A DNA stretch of 63,229 nucleotides, filler included, from Octopus bimaculoides (GCF_001194135.2; 7 parts of 6 records of this genome joined end to end with filler, not necessarily neighbours in it); one strand, 5' to 3'. Positions 26,446-39,463 are shown, numbered from the whole stretch's first letter. Made by a program: numbers and translations. Notes: a model not told the origin generated them from the letters alone.

Positions 26446-27629
26446 CACATATATATACACACACATATATGTGTGTGTGTATNNNNNNNNNNNNNNNNNN
26501 NNNNNNNNNNNNNNNNNNNNNNNNNNNNNNNNNNNNNNNNNNNNNNNNNNNNNNNNNNNNNNNNNNNNNNNNNNNNNNNNNNNNNNNNNNNNNNNNNNNN
26601 NNNNNNNNNNNNNNNNNNNNNNNNNNNNNNNNNNNNNNNNNNNNNNNNNNNNNNNATATATATTATATATATATATATATATATAAATTTAGATTCAGGT
26701 GAATATGGTACTTAAGTTTAGGCACCAGAATTTAGTATGGTATTATCCATACAATTTCAAAATAATGTGATTAAAATCAAAATAAGCAACAAGGATATGC
26801 AAACCTCTCATGGAGGTCAATTTTCCTCCTTTTTTTACTTGGCCTGTCTCTCTTGTTATCCTGTCTCTCTCCCCCTTTCTTTTTGTCTCAAATCAAAATA
26901 GAGAATTTACATTAAGACACAAGTGCACATGTACACACACATACCATTACATATTTAAGCATATATATATATATACTAATGAATGCACAGTTACACTTAT
27001 GAGCACACACACACACACATATGAATACAAATATGCATATACACATGCACACATGTGCATATGCATGAGTGCACACACATATATATACAAGTGCACATAC
27101 TCCCCTCTCTCTTTCTCTCTTTTTCTTTGAATCAATTGTGTGGCACGATGAGAATCAAAAGGAATCAACTACAGCATCCCTTTCTCAAGAAACAGAGAAG
27201 GAGTTAAGCAAAGAATGAACAGCTTCTTCTCAATTAAAGAAAAATAACCCACAAGAATTGATACAATATTGAAAGATCCAAGAACACACCAATATACAAA
27301 ACAGAACCAAAAGTAACAAAGAAGGTAAAGAAGAATTTGAAGGATCAAGAATTATTAGTGACAAGAGTTATGGAGTCAAAAAGCAAAACAAATGAGACAA
27401 GATGTCTGTATGTTGTCTGGCATCATGTCATATCTTGCCAAAGTAGATTTGGTTCCACTAAACTCGAGTTCTATTTAGTAACAACAAACAATGCCATATG
27501 ATAGATTTTGGTTGTAATGAGCTGACCATATTTATAAATAAAAGTCTTCACCTGCAAAATATTCAGATCAACAGAGTTGTTCTGTATTGAGAAACGTGTT
27601 ACAGGAAATAACAATGACAACAACAAAAT

Positions 27630-27990
27630 CAACAGCAGGATGACTAGAATGCCTGGAGTGCTTGTAATAAGCTTCAAAACATCTGGTAATTGAATATTTC
27701 AATCTCAACAAAGCTGGTCTTTTTCAATTGCTTCTGTAGAGTGTATTCTTTGCTATGGAGTTAAAGCCTGAATTCTGAAGGAAGACCTTCAAAACCACCT
27801 TGATGATGGAGACAGCAGGGTTTACATAAGAGACGAAATCATCTCAAGGTGCAAGCACAAGACCAAAGACATTTATGAATACACTTCACCTATTTCTATG
27901 CTATTACTGTTCAATGTAGGGTAGGCTTTGCTGGCTGCTACTACAGTGCTGAACAGCAGACCATTGGATACTATAGTTTGGACACTTTCA
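27630..27990 (+). mobile_element. Decayed RTE-superfamily LINE fragment (post-RT region)
   Basis: From 27651: AWSACNKLQNIW*LNISISTKLVFF/ASVECILCYGVKA*ILKEDLQNHLD, resembling the W.....TK...F.A.VES.LLYG.E.W motif of RTE-group ORFs. Confidence 0.55.
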
Positions 27991-28126
27991 CACTTTTAAC
28001 AGAGGATGAAGATCTTTCAATCTCATTCATGTCATTGGCTGAGGCACAAAATATGAAATTCTAGATTTATGAATGTTAATGAGGACAGATTCATGACACA
28101 GAATTCTCATACATATGTACATACAT

Positions 28127-28537
28127 AGGCACAGGTATGGCTGTGTGTTAAGAAGCTTGCTTCTGAACCATATGTTTCTGAGTTCAACCCCACTGCATGG
28201 CACCTTGGGCAAGTGTCTTCTACTATAGCCAGAGGCTGCCTAAAGCTTTGTGAGTGGATTTGGTAGATGGAAACTGAAAGAAGCCTGTTGTATGTATATA
28301 TATACATGTATATATTTATGTGTATGTGTCTGTGTTTATCCCCCCCCCCCATCATCGCTTGACAACTGATGGTTGTGTTTTTATATCCCCATAACTTAGC
28401 AGTTTGACAAAAGAGACCAATAGAATAAGTACTAGGCATTAAAAAATAAGTCCTGGGGTTGATTTGTTTTCAACTGAAAACCCTTTAAGGTGGTGCTCCA
28501 GCATGACTGCAGTCTAATGACTGAAACAAGTAAAAGT
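28127..28537 (+). mobile_element. SINE A, full copy
   Basis: Head, CORE-like block and tail all present. Confidence 0.85.
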
Positions 28538-29105
28538 AGAGTGAGGGGAAAAATAAAGTTATTTCTACAAAATTCCACATGGCAAATAAAAAAAAATTTC
28601 TTTTAAAATAAAACAACATAATTAAGAAGAATAAATAATAAATAAAAAGGGATCATTGGGTGGTGGTGGGGAAACAGTTATTTCTGGATTTATTATACAA
28701 AGCACCAAAGCTATTTTTCCAGTGTTTATTTCAAACTTTTAAAGCAATTTTTGGTCAACAAGGAATAAATAAGCAATGATTTAGGTCTTACTGACTTGGA
28801 CTAACTAAAAAAAAACAAAACAAAACAAAAAAACCTTAAACCCAAACAAATAAACACAAACATTGCTAATACATAAATTAATGAAAAATAAATTAAAAAC
28901 TAAAATAAAATCAAAAACAGCCTTACTTTTAGATTTATTTTCCAATGTTTTACTAAAACTGCTTTAAATACAAATTGGTCTTCATTAGAAACTGAAGAAT
29001 CTTAACCAATTCCCAAAGCCGAAACATGAAAATAAACTTCGGTTACTTAGTGATAAAAGAATTCCATTCAGTCAAGAGCCACGTGATGAAATAACAAAGT
29101 AGTGA

Positions 29106-29138
<33 letters not shown>

Positions 29139-29407
29139 GAGTGAAAGAGCAGTGCATGCCATCAATGTGACACTGGGGTAAAATATACGATGCCCAGTAT
29201 ACCCATCATGACTACCCATCTGATAAGGGTACACGAAGCTCATGCATCACAACCATATGTGTGTGACATGGTGATTTCATATCAAGATAAACAGTGCATG
29301 ACCTCGCAGGTGGGGCCCAGTTAGGATTTTCTTCAGGTTGAGTAGCCCCTCCTGCTCAAAAGGTCCCTGAATAAGGATTGTTTAAGGATGTTGAATGAAA
29401 CACCCAT
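29139..29407 (-). mobile_element. Non-coding repeat family E, 5'-truncated copy within (TAA)n
   Basis: Reverse complement matches 45218-45454; (ATT)n on both flanks. Confidence 0.8.
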
Positions 29408-29428
29408 TATCATTATTATTATTATTAA

Positions 29429-29620
29429 GGCAACATGCTGGTAGAATCGTTACCATGCCAGGTGAAATGCTTAGCAGTATTTCATCTGCCGCTATATTCT
29501 GAGTTCAAATTCCACCAAGGTTGACTTTGTCTTTCATCCTTTCAGGGTGTACTGGGGTTGATGTAATCGACTATCTCCCTCCCCCAAAATTGCAGCCCTT
29601 GTGGTAAAATTTCAAACCAT
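29429..29620 (+). mobile_element. SINE B
   Basis: GCTGGTAGAATCGTTA...GAGTTCAAATTCCACC...GATGTAATCGACT. Confidence 0.78.
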
Positions 29621-30206
29621 TATTATTATTATTTTGTGGTTAATAAATCAAATACCAGTNNNNNNNNNNNNNNNNNNNNNNNNNNNNNNNNNNNNNNNNN
29701 NNNNNNNNNNNNNNNNNNNNNNNNNNNNNNNNNNNNNNNNNNNNNNNNNNNNNNNNNNNNNNNNNNNNNNNNNNNNNNNNNNNNNNNNNNNNNNNNNNNN
29801 NNNNNNNNNNNNNNNNNNNNNNNNNNNNNNNNNNNNNNNNNNNNNNNNNNNNNNNNNNNNNNNNNNNNNNNNNNNNNNNNNNNNNNNNNNNNNNNNNNNN
29901 NNNNNNNNNNNNNNNNNNNNNNNNNNNNNNNNNNNNNNNNNNNNNNNNNNNNNNNNNNNNNNNNNNNNNNNNNNNNNNNNNNNNNNNNNNNNNNNNNNNN
30001 NNNNNNNNNNNNNNNNNNNNNNNNNNNNNNNNNNNNNNNNNNNNNNNNNNNNNNNNNNNNNNNNNNNNNNNNNNNNNNNNNNNNNNNNNNNNNNNNNNNN
30101 NNNNNNNNNNNNNNNNNNNNNNNNNNNNNNNNNNNNNNNNNNNNNNNNNNTTAATGGCAGTGTTCCAACGTGAGTTTTTGAAATCCTTCTAAAGTAACTA
30201 CAAATA

Positions 30207-30271
<65 letters not shown>

Positions 30272-30655
30272 TATATAGCTAAAATAGATAAAACTCAAAG
30301 TAAACAATAATGAAAGTAAGATGGATAATAAATATGGAGTATAAGATTTTTGGTGGTGAGAAACAAACAAAAAAAAACAGCTTTGAGATTTTTTTTTTTT
30401 TCCTTTCCTTCTAAAAAAAACACACAATCGAGAATATGAAAAAACCTACAAAATGTGATAAAACACATTTGGCTTTCTTCTCTCGAAACATAATGATTTA
30501 TATTGATAAATCATAAATAAGTTTGCATATGCATACATCTTTGATAAACCTACATTCAACTTCACTGTGTATATAGAACACTGGACAACTAGTTTCAAAT
30601 GATTGCTGCCATTTTATCAAGAATATATACACTTATGTTTGTCCTGGATATGACT

Positions 30656-31214
30656 TCAACCCTTTGGCAGCCATATTCAACCCCAAAATATTCGACCTGT
30701 TTTGTGTTCAAACTTTCCAGATCAGGCCTCTCATACTACACTGTAATACCATTTTCAAAGCTACAAGATAATGTATGGTTAATTCAAAACAAGGCTGTGC
30801 TTGAGAGGACCTGTCAAGTCAAGTGAAATAGTTGTGGTAATTGGCAACCATGCTGGTGGCACGTAAAGAACACCTTTCAAACATTGGGCCTCATGGAGGG
30901 AAAGTGGCTGAGTTACTTTTGAGTGTTAGGCCTCACAGAGGCAATGACTGAGACCTTGCAGTCGTGGCAGATATCGGTGTCATGCAAATGGCACCCGTGC
31001 CAGTGGCATGTAAAAGCACCCCAGTGTCACAAAAATGGCATCTGTGCTGGTGGTACGTAAAAGTACCTATTACACACTCAGGAGTGGTTGGCATTATGAA
31101 GAGCATCCAGCCATAGAAAACCATGCCAAATCAGATTGGAGTCTGGTGCAGCCTTCTAGCATGCCAACCCAGTCAAACTGTCCAACCCATGCCAGCATGG
31201 ACAATGAACATTAA

Positions 31215-31267
<53 letters not shown>

Positions 31268-31321
31268 TGTGAATAAATAAGCAATATAGACGACAGAATA
31301 ATCTGAATGCTAAAGGGTTAA
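30656..31321. mobile_element. piggyBac-like MITE interrupted by a SINE
   Basis: Left TCAA|CCCTTTGGCA, right TGCTAAAGGG|TTAA; its two halves are contiguous in the copy at 34386-34595. Confidence 0.65.
30793..31265 (+). mobile_element. SINE-like family F, 3' part with (GAT)n tail
   Basis: Repeated GGCACGTAAA/AAGCACC units, TGGTTGGCATTATGAAGAGCATCCAGCC, CAACCCATGCCAGCATGG then (GAT)n; related tail fragment on minus strand at about 35245-35285. Confidence 0.7.
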
Positions 31322-32156
31322 ACTGCATCTGGTAGAGGGCCACTGGTTTGGAATTTTCAGGGTTTTAAGGAGTGTGGAACCACCTCTTAGCCATTGATGT
31401 TCCCAGGTCTACTCTGATCTAGAATAGTGGCAACCGTCAGGGTTCCAGCTGTGGATTAATTAGCAAGTTATGGAAGAAACTCCAAGCACAAACCCTGACT
31501 GCTTTGTGAATGCCTAGGGAAGTCAGCCTCAACAGCAAATTAAGGAATGGAGTCACTCAGGCAATCCAGTGACCTTTCTGACACCCTTCCAGCAACTCTA
31601 GGGTAGGTGGAGCTCTTCCAACCCTAGGCAAAGGTCATTCCAATGTAAAATCTACAGCATGATGGTCACTGTAGCCATTTTAGTTCACTGAGACACTGCG
31701 GTCAGTCTTCTAAGTCTAAAGAGTGGAATCGGATTGTACAGACTGACTCTCAATTTAAAACTATTAAGTGCAGGCATGAAGAAAAGCTTTGCAGCATCAA
31801 AACATGGTTTATCTAACCACATAAAGGTGTGCTGCTTTTTCTTATGATCTTTGGACATAAAAAAAAAACTGCCATCATGCTTATGTCATTGCCATTTCAT
31901 CATGAATGTAAATAGTGTTATGGCAATCTTATCAAGAGCCTATATCAAGTGCATATACTCATGTTATTACCATCTTCAGAATGTATGCATATCAAGTGTG
32001 TATATACATGTTATTGATATCATAAGAGTGTGTACATATCAAATGTGTATACTCGTGTTATTGCCATCTTATCAAGAGATTATACTTGTGTTCATTCTAA
32101 AGAGAGAGACAGCAGCTTAAAACTACTTACTAAAATGTGAAACTTATGAGTATATA

Positions 32157-32560
32157 GGTGTGGTCACGGCTGTGTGGTAAGAAGCTTGCTTCCCAACCAC
32201 ATGGTTCTGAGTTCAGCCCCACTGCATGGCACCTTGGGCAAGTGTCTTCTATTATATAGCCTCAGGCTGACCAAAGCCTTGTGAGTGGATTTGGTAGACA
32301 GAAACTGAAAGAAGCACATTGTGTGTGTGTGTGTAAGTGTCTGTCTGTCCACTTGCCATCACTTGATAACCGATGTTGGTGTGTTTATGTCCCTGTAATT
32401 TAGCTGTTTGTCAAAAGAGACCAATAGAATAAGTACTAAGCATACAAGGAATAAGTCTGGGTGGGGGTGGGGGGCAATTTTTTCAACTAAAACCCTTTAG
32501 GGTGGTGCTCCAGCATGGCCACTGACAAATGACTGAAACACGTATAAGAATAAAAGAATA
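32157..32560 (+). mobile_element. SINE A, full copy
   Basis: Head, CORE-like block and tail present. Confidence 0.85.
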
Positions 32561-32816
32561 AAGGAATAGGTCCTCTGTTGGTCAAGGTTGACTATGCATT
32601 TGCAGATGTATGTGCAGGCCTTGGCAAGATCTTTTGAGGAAGACAAGAGGTTATTCGAGAGGGCAAGTCTTTCCTCTCCACACTCATCGAAAAGAAAGGC
32701 TGCTGGTTTTGGCTGATACAGCCTGACACCAATGTCACTACAGATGTTACTGTCAGGACACAAAGAGTAGGAGCAGATATTGCAAATGACAGACAAAATG
32801 CTGCTAACAATGATGA

Positions 32817-32848
<32 letters not shown>

Positions 32849-32944
32849 ATGGTGATGGTGATGATGATGATGATGATGATGATGACGAAAATAACAACAA
32901 CAACAACAATAATTTGGTTATATAAGTTACTACACAAAGATAGT

Positions 32945-33085
32945 ACAGAACTGCTGCAGAAAGTTATGTTGCTTAGAACAGCAAGGATCATGAGAAGAGT
33001 CCTTGAGACCTGAGGTTGCTGGCTGTAGCTTGTTCTCAAGAAGAAATTATTCTGGTTCAACACTCTCAGACTGAGATAACCCAGA
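32945..33085 (+). mobile_element. Extreme 3' end of an R4/Dong-like element
   Basis: TELLQKVMLLRTARIMRRVLET* parallels AQKTALLWIARILRLVLGC* at about 44640; short 3' UTR then AATAATAAT. Confidence 0.6.
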
Positions 33086-34385
33086 AATAATAATCTCTAT
33101 ATAATAATAGCCAATAACAAATGTTGTTTGGTTGATTGATTTCTCCAATTATGCTTTTTACATTGTATAGAGAAAGGAGAGAGAGATAGATTGAGAGAAA
33201 GAATTAACATAAGAAGTGCAGGATGAGTGCTCATATAAGGCTTGGTGGCAAGCAATGGGTAAAAGAATGCTCTCTCTCTCTCTCTCTCTCTCTCCACACA
33301 CACTCCAGCTCAATGAAAGATGAAACATAGAAGAGGAGGAGGAGATGACAGAATAATTAATATTGAATATCATTGTATATATTTCTTAAGAAAATTAGTG
33401 TTTGTTTCATCATTTTGTATAAACACCAAGAAATTTGATAAAAAAAGTTAAATTATAATTATTGTAGGTATGCCCATATTTTGTGCTATTACCCATGGTG
33501 GCAAAAAAAATTACTTTCAAAGTTACAGCTAAAACCCTAGTAATAAATAATTTACAAAAGAAAAAAAAAGCCTTCAAAAAAGGGGGAAAAAAAAAGAAAA
33601 CCCAAACCCAACCGATATGTTGTTGAACTTTCAGTGTAACTTGCTAATAAATGAGTAGTGCATTAGTTCTTTAAAGATCCATCATGCTTTGAGCCAGAAT
33701 TTTTTGTGTTTTATGATGAGGAATTACTGTGGTGGTTTTTCACACAAGTAATTTAATCAGTCTAGTCTGTCTGCTACATGATTTTCACAACCCAAATGTA
33801 TAAACGTACAGAACTTTCCTTCCTAACATGTAAACAAAAATGCCGACAAATATATTTATTGGCGTCGTTCCAGCATAACGGACATCTTCATATACTTCCT
33901 GTTAAGCAGTAGAAATAACTTTCTCTAACAACATATCGCCACTGAATACTAAAACTTCGAAGCAGTTGCTGTATGGATGGATGTACGAGAGGAGAGTTAC
34001 GGATGGCTAAGTGGGTAGGTGGATGGGTAGTTAGATTACAGGTCGAAACAGCATATATTAATGGGTTTGTTTTCTGTTGCTTACGAACGTAGTGAAGAGA
34101 CTTAACTCCCGTTAACCCATTCCAGCTAGCTGTAAATAGAAACCAAGAGATAGGTGCAGAGAGATTATTAGTATAACTAATAAGAACACCGCATACATAA
34201 TTAATAACTGTTTCATTCCATTGTAGTGCTGAGCTCATATTTCCCCTTATCACTGGTGAAAAATATCTTAGATTGTGAGAAGTGATGTGAGAGGGCGTTG
34301 GCGAAACCCAGTAGTGAGTAATGAGTCAGTAAGGGCACCTTTACCATGGTAACTCAGTTTACTGGAAATAGCAGCCAAATCTTCA

Positions 34386-34595
34386 TTAACCCTTTAGTAT
34401 TTAAACTGGCCATATCTGGCCCCAATTTGTTTCATGTTTAAACTGGCCAGATCTGGTCTCTTAGACTTATCCTAAATCGTTATTCCAAAAATAAACTATC
34501 ACATTATTGAAAATTTAAAGCTTCAAGTTAATGCATGATTAATTCAAAGCAATGTGAATAAATAAGGATTTCATTGGACAGAATAATCTGAGAAT
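34386..34595. mobile_element. piggyBac-like MITE, right end missing
   Basis: TTAA|CCCTTTAGTA left end; body homologous to 30660-30792 plus 31268-31305. Confidence 0.6.
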
Positions 34596-34893
34596 CTGAG
34601 AAAAGATGTTTCAATAATGAGGTTCTGAGTTCTCTGCCCGTATAAGAAAAAAGACAGGATATTCACAAGCAGAATGCCTTTGATCATAGGGGTCCTTCAT
34701 CAGGACTGAGCTTCAGCTAAACAACAACAGCCAGTGGAAGGTCTGTTACTAATTTTGAAAAAGCACTGAATTAAAAAGAGCTAGCAGTGACCTTCATGAG
34801 GCAGTGTGCTGAGTGACATTGCTGTGTTTACTTTGCAAGTTGTGAAATTTGTGTTTTTGTGATCACATGTATGTTATAATCTGTGATGTTTCC

Positions 34894-35066
34894 ATGGACA
34901 GGAACAAAGAGCCAACATGAATTTCTACATTAAACTTGGGAAGTCTGCTACAGAGACATTGAGTATGCTTCAGCAAGCTTATGGTGATGAGGCAATGGGT
35001 TGTACACAATATTTCAAGTGGCACGGGCGCTTCAAAAGTGGAAGAACATCCCTGGAAGACGATGAG
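34894..35066 (+). pseudogene. mariner transposase N-terminal HTH fragment
   Basis: From 34929: IKLGKSATETLSMLQQAYGDEAMGCTQYFKWHGRFKSGRTSLEDDE*, the mariner HTH leading to the EDDERSGRP linker; frameshift near the ATG. Confidence 0.8.
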
Positions 35067-35125
35067 TGATGTGAACTTAAAGTGGACTTGTGCCAAAGCT
35101 AGAACTAGAAATCAATATTTATATC

Positions 35126-35225
35126 NNNNNNNNNNNNNNNNNNNNNNNNNNNNNNNNNNNNNNNNNNNNTTAATTAATTAANNNNNNNNNNNNNNNNNNN
35201 NNNNNNNNNNNNNNNNNNNNNNNNN
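35126..35225. other. Artificial scaffold linker
   Basis: 44 N + TTAATTAATTAA + 44 N. Confidence 0.95.
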
Positions 35226-35339
35226 AGTTGAAAACTTCTAGCATTCCACTTAATATCTATGTTCCATGCTGGCATGGATTGGAGAGTTATTAATGTAGAA
35301 ATATGGTATCGTAGCTACTAACAGTTGAGGGTTGCGTAG

Positions 35340-35404
35340 TCTAGACGGCGTTTTTAGATTTCATTATTCTCTTTAACCCGGGCAACGCCGGGTATTTCTG
35401 CTAG
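35340..35404 (+). mobile_element. Helitron-like 3' terminus
   Basis: Hairpin ACCCGG-GCAACG-CCGGGT (35376-35393), 7-nt spacer, CTAG (35401-35404), then T. Confidence 0.6.
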
Positions 35405-35766
35405 TATATATATATTTATACACATGTATAAAGCATACATACATCCATACATATATACATGTTCATATACATACATGCATACATACATTCATATATACAT
35501 GCATACATGCGTGCATACATACATACATACATGCATACATACATACATACATACATCTTTACATACATCTACGCACATAACACACAAATCAGACCGCTAC
35601 TACCGTCCAATGACATCCGTCAGAACAGCCACGGAGAAACTGTTTTACAGATTAGTGTTTTTATATGTTTATTTATTCATTTATTTATTTATTTTGTTAC
35701 ATTTCTTCTCTAACATATTTTTTTACATTCGAATGAAAACTTTAGGCACACGTGTTTAACTATCCA

Positions 35767-35801
<35 letters not shown>

Positions 35802-36494
35802 NNNNNNNNNNNNNNNNNNNNNNNNNNNNNNNNNNNNNNNNNNNNNNNNNNNNNNNNNNNNNNNNNNNNNNNNNNNNNNNNNNNNNNNNNNNNNNNNNNN
35901 NNNNNNNNNNNNNNNNNNNNNNNNNNNNNNNNNNNNNNNNNNNNNNNNNNNNNNNNNNNNNNNNNNNNNNNNNNNNNNNNNNNNNNNNNNNNNNNNNNNN
36001 NNNNNNNNNNNNNNNNNNNNNNNNNNNNNNNNNNNNNNNNNNNNNNNNNNNNNNNNNNNNNNNNNNNNNNNNNNNNNNNNNNNNNNNNNNNNNNNNNNNN
36101 NNNNNNNNNNNNNNNNNNNNNNNNNNNNNNNNNNNNNNNNNNNNNNNNNNNNNNNNNNNNNNNNNNNNNNNNNNNNNNNNNNNNNNNNNNNNNNNNNNNN
36201 NNNNNNNNNNNNNNNNNNNNNNNNNNNNNNNNNNNNNNNNNNNNNNNNNNNNNNNNNNNNNNNNNNNNNNNNNNNNNNNNNNNNNNNNNNNNNNNNNNNN
36301 NNNNNNNNNNNNNNNNNNNNNNNNNNNNNNNNNNNNNNNNNNNNNNNNNNNNNNNNNNNNNNNNNNNNNNNNNNNNNNNNNNNNNNNNNNNNNNNNNNNN
36401 NNNNNNNNNNNNNNNNNNNNNNNNNNNNNNNNNNNNNNNNNNNNNNNNNNNNNNNNNNNNNNNNNNNNNNNNNNNNNNNNNNNNNNNNNNNNNN

Positions 36495-36790
36495 GACTAG
36501 CTCCCTCCCACAAAATTTCGGGCCTTGCACTTTGAGTAGAAAAGTTTATTAAAATGGCCTAGGGCGGCGAGCTGGCAGAAACGTTAGCACGCCGGGCGAA
36601 ACGCTTAGCGGTATTTTGTCTGTCTTTACGTTCTGAGTTCAAATTCCACCGAGGTCGACTCTGCTTTTCATCCTTTCAGGGTCGATAAATTAAGTACCAG
36701 TTGCGTACTGGTGTCGATCTAATCGACTAGCTCCCTCCCACAAAATTTCGGGCCTTGCACTTTGAGTAGAAAAGTTTATTAAAATGGCCT
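36495..36790 (+). mobile_element. SINE B with an identical upstream tail copy (period 230 bp)
   Basis: 36495-36561 is repeated exactly from 36725; the full SINE begins near 36563. Confidence 0.85.
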
Positions 36791-37196
36791 AAATTTACTA
36801 ATATCTGAAGCCGTAATAAGAGTGACGATACAGTGGCAATTGGTGGAATCAAAGAGCGGAAGTCACGCTGAGTCTAAATTTTAACCAAAGAACAAGAGCG
36901 TAAATTATGACAACAAAAGTAGAACAATATTCAAACGGAATATTTAGTGATACTACAAAGAAATAAGATGCGGCACTGAATTGAAAAAGAACATCACAAT
37001 AATAATCGTTTAGTTACTGTCGAGAGAACAATCATGTAGTCAATGGCTGATCCCAAGAGAAATAATCTGTAGAAACTGTAGATACAATATCGAAATCAAA
37101 TAATGTAATAAAGTTAACACCCTCCTATCAACAGGATATTATTTAACGACTATCCAATGAAAGCGATAGCTACACTAAACAATGTGTCCACTTGAA

Positions 37197-37244
<48 letters not shown>

Positions 37245-37255
37245 TGTGTGCGTGA

Positions 37256-37318
37256 GGGCACATGGCCTTGTGGTTAGGGTGTTGCACTCACGATTACGAG
37301 ATCATGTATTTGATCCGT
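37256..37318 (+). mobile_element. tRNA-derived SINE family D, head only
   Basis: GGCACATGGCCTTGTGGTTAGGGTG...TTTGATCC matches the start of 38641-38875. Confidence 0.65.
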
Positions 37319-37596
37319 GGATATAAATACATAGCCATATACATATTAAGTGGCTTTAGCAATCAAATTTATTATATACCCGATACTAAACTTAGACAAA
37401 ACTATCTAACAATACTAATTCTAATTCTAAATTAACTAATACAGATAACTTCACTGGAAAATATAAGTAAAATTAAGCATTTAGGTAATTATATTAAATC
37501 TAATAAAATAGATCCCAACAATGAACACAAATATTCTACTCAAGAACAACATAGTATATCTAAACTATCTACATCTAGGAATCGCGGAGTAAAATT

Positions 37597-37775
37597 TATA
37601 CATCCTTTTTTACTCTAGGGACAAGACCCGAAATTTTTGGGGAGTGGGGGGGCACTCCGTCGGTTACGACGACGAGGGTTCCAGTTGGTCCGATCAACGG
37701 AACAGCCTGCTCCTGACTGCCTCCCCCCTCTCCCCCCAAATTTCGGATATTGTCCCTAGATTAAAAAAGGATATA
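37597..37775. repeat. Inverted pair of SINE B tails enclosing a SINE C 3' fragment (37651-37712, minus)
   Basis: 37603-37650 is approximately the reverse complement of 37724-37771. Confidence 0.75.
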
Positions 37776-37790
37776 TTATTTAGGATAGAA

Positions 37791-37975
37791 AGGCGGCGAG
37801 CTGGCAGAAACGTTAGCACGCTGTGCGAACTGCTTAGCGGTATTTTCGGTCTGAGTTCAAATTCCGCCGAGGTCGACTTAGCTTTTCATACTTTCGGGGT
37901 CGATAAATTAAGTACCAGTTGTGTACTGTGGTCGACTGGCCCCTCCCCCAAAATTTCGGGCCATGTACCTGGAGT
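37791..37975 (+). mobile_element. SINE B with internal deletions
   Basis: GGCGGCGAGCTGGCAGAAACGTTAGCACG... Confidence 0.82.
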
Positions 37976-38562
37976 NNNNNNNNNNNNNNNNNNNNNNNNN
38001 NNNNNNNNNNNNNNNNNNNNNNNNNNNNNNNNNNNNNNNNNNNNNNNNNNNNNNNNNNNNNNNNNNNNNNNNNNNNNNNNNNNNNNNNNNNNNNNNNNNN
38101 NNNNNNNNNNNNNNNNNNNNNNNNNNNNNNNNNNNNNNNNNNNNNNNNNNNNNNNNNNNNNNNNNNNNNNNNNNNNNNNNNNNNNNNNNNNNNNNNNNNN
38201 NNNNNNNNNNNNNNNNNNNNNNNNNNNNNNNNNNNNNNNNNNNNNNNNNNNNNNNNNNNNNNNNNNNNNNNNNNNNNNNNNNNNNNNNNNNNNNNNNNNN
38301 NNNNNNNNNNNNNNNNNNNNNNNNNNNNNNNNNNNNNNNNNNNNNNNNNNNNNNNNNNNNNNNNNNNNNNNNNNNNNNNNNNNNNNNNNNNNNNNNNNNN
38401 NNNNNNNNNNNNNNNNNNNNNNNNNNNNNNNNNNNNNNNNNNNNNNNNNNNNNNNNNNNNNNNNNNNNNNNNNNNNNNNNNNNNNNNNNNNNNNNNNNNN
38501 NNNNNNNNNNNNNNNNNNNNNNNNNNNNNNNNNNNNNNNNNNNNNNNNNNNNNNNNNNNNNN

Positions 38563-38626
<64 letters not shown>

Positions 38627-38640
38627 AATGTATGCATATG

Positions 38641-38875
38641 AGGGCACACAGCCTTGTGGTTAGGATGTTGCGCTCACGATTGCGAGATCGTGTGTTTGAT
38701 CCTGGGACCGGGGGTGCGTTGTAGTCTTGAGCAAAACACTTCATTTCACATTATTCTACGATCACTTCAAGATCTGACGTGTGGCACACTGTGCATCCGT
38801 GCAGTTAATGTCGATTTGATGGAGGAAGTGAGCTAATATAGTGTAGCACGAACATTTGATCACTATAAACTAATC
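38641..38875 (+). mobile_element. tRNA-derived SINE family D
   Basis: A-box-like GCCTTGTGGTTAGG, B-box-like GTTTGATCC, CORE/V-like GTCTTGAGCAAAACACTTC. Confidence 0.7.
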
Positions 38876-39248
38876 ATGTGCAGATTGTGCAGCCAGAAAT
38901 TGCGAACCATCTTTCTCGGGTTCAAGAGAATACCGTTATTACATATGTGTATGGATAAATTAGAGACAGACACTTTACGTGTAAGTGTGTGTGTGTGTGC
39001 GCGCGCGTGCGCGTGTGTAATCGTTTTAACTGCAAGACTCGTGTATACAGTGGTAAAGTTATCAAATGCTTAGTATACGATCTGGAGGATCCGCTGCGAT
39101 TTGACAAAGTTCGCTGTTAGTGCATCACTGTGATCTACTTCATATCTGTTAGACAATTGGAAGCTTTCAGTCTTTTGCACCCGTCTCTCATAAGCATTGA
39201 CCCACCTGATCCCACCAAGTCTAAAATACCATTCCAGTTGTTTGCTAA

Positions 39249-39463
39249 TATTGATTTCAAATTTTGGCAGAAGGACAGCAATTTCAAGGGAAGTGACAAG
39301 ACGATAACATCGGCCCAGTGGTCAACTGGTACTTATTTCATCAACCTCGGAAGGATGAAAGGCAAAGTCGAGCTCGGAGGAATTTGTACTCAAAACATAA
39401 AGATAGACGAAATGCCTCTAAGCATTTTGACCGGCGTGCTAATGATTCTGCCGGCTCGCTGCC
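39249..39463 (-). mobile_element. SINE B, diverged
   Basis: Reverse complement of family B. Confidence 0.78.

Noticed and set aside
31330-31760. Possible LINE 5' UTR remnant
   Set aside because: Only a vague resemblance, no second copy in the window; cannot support a call.
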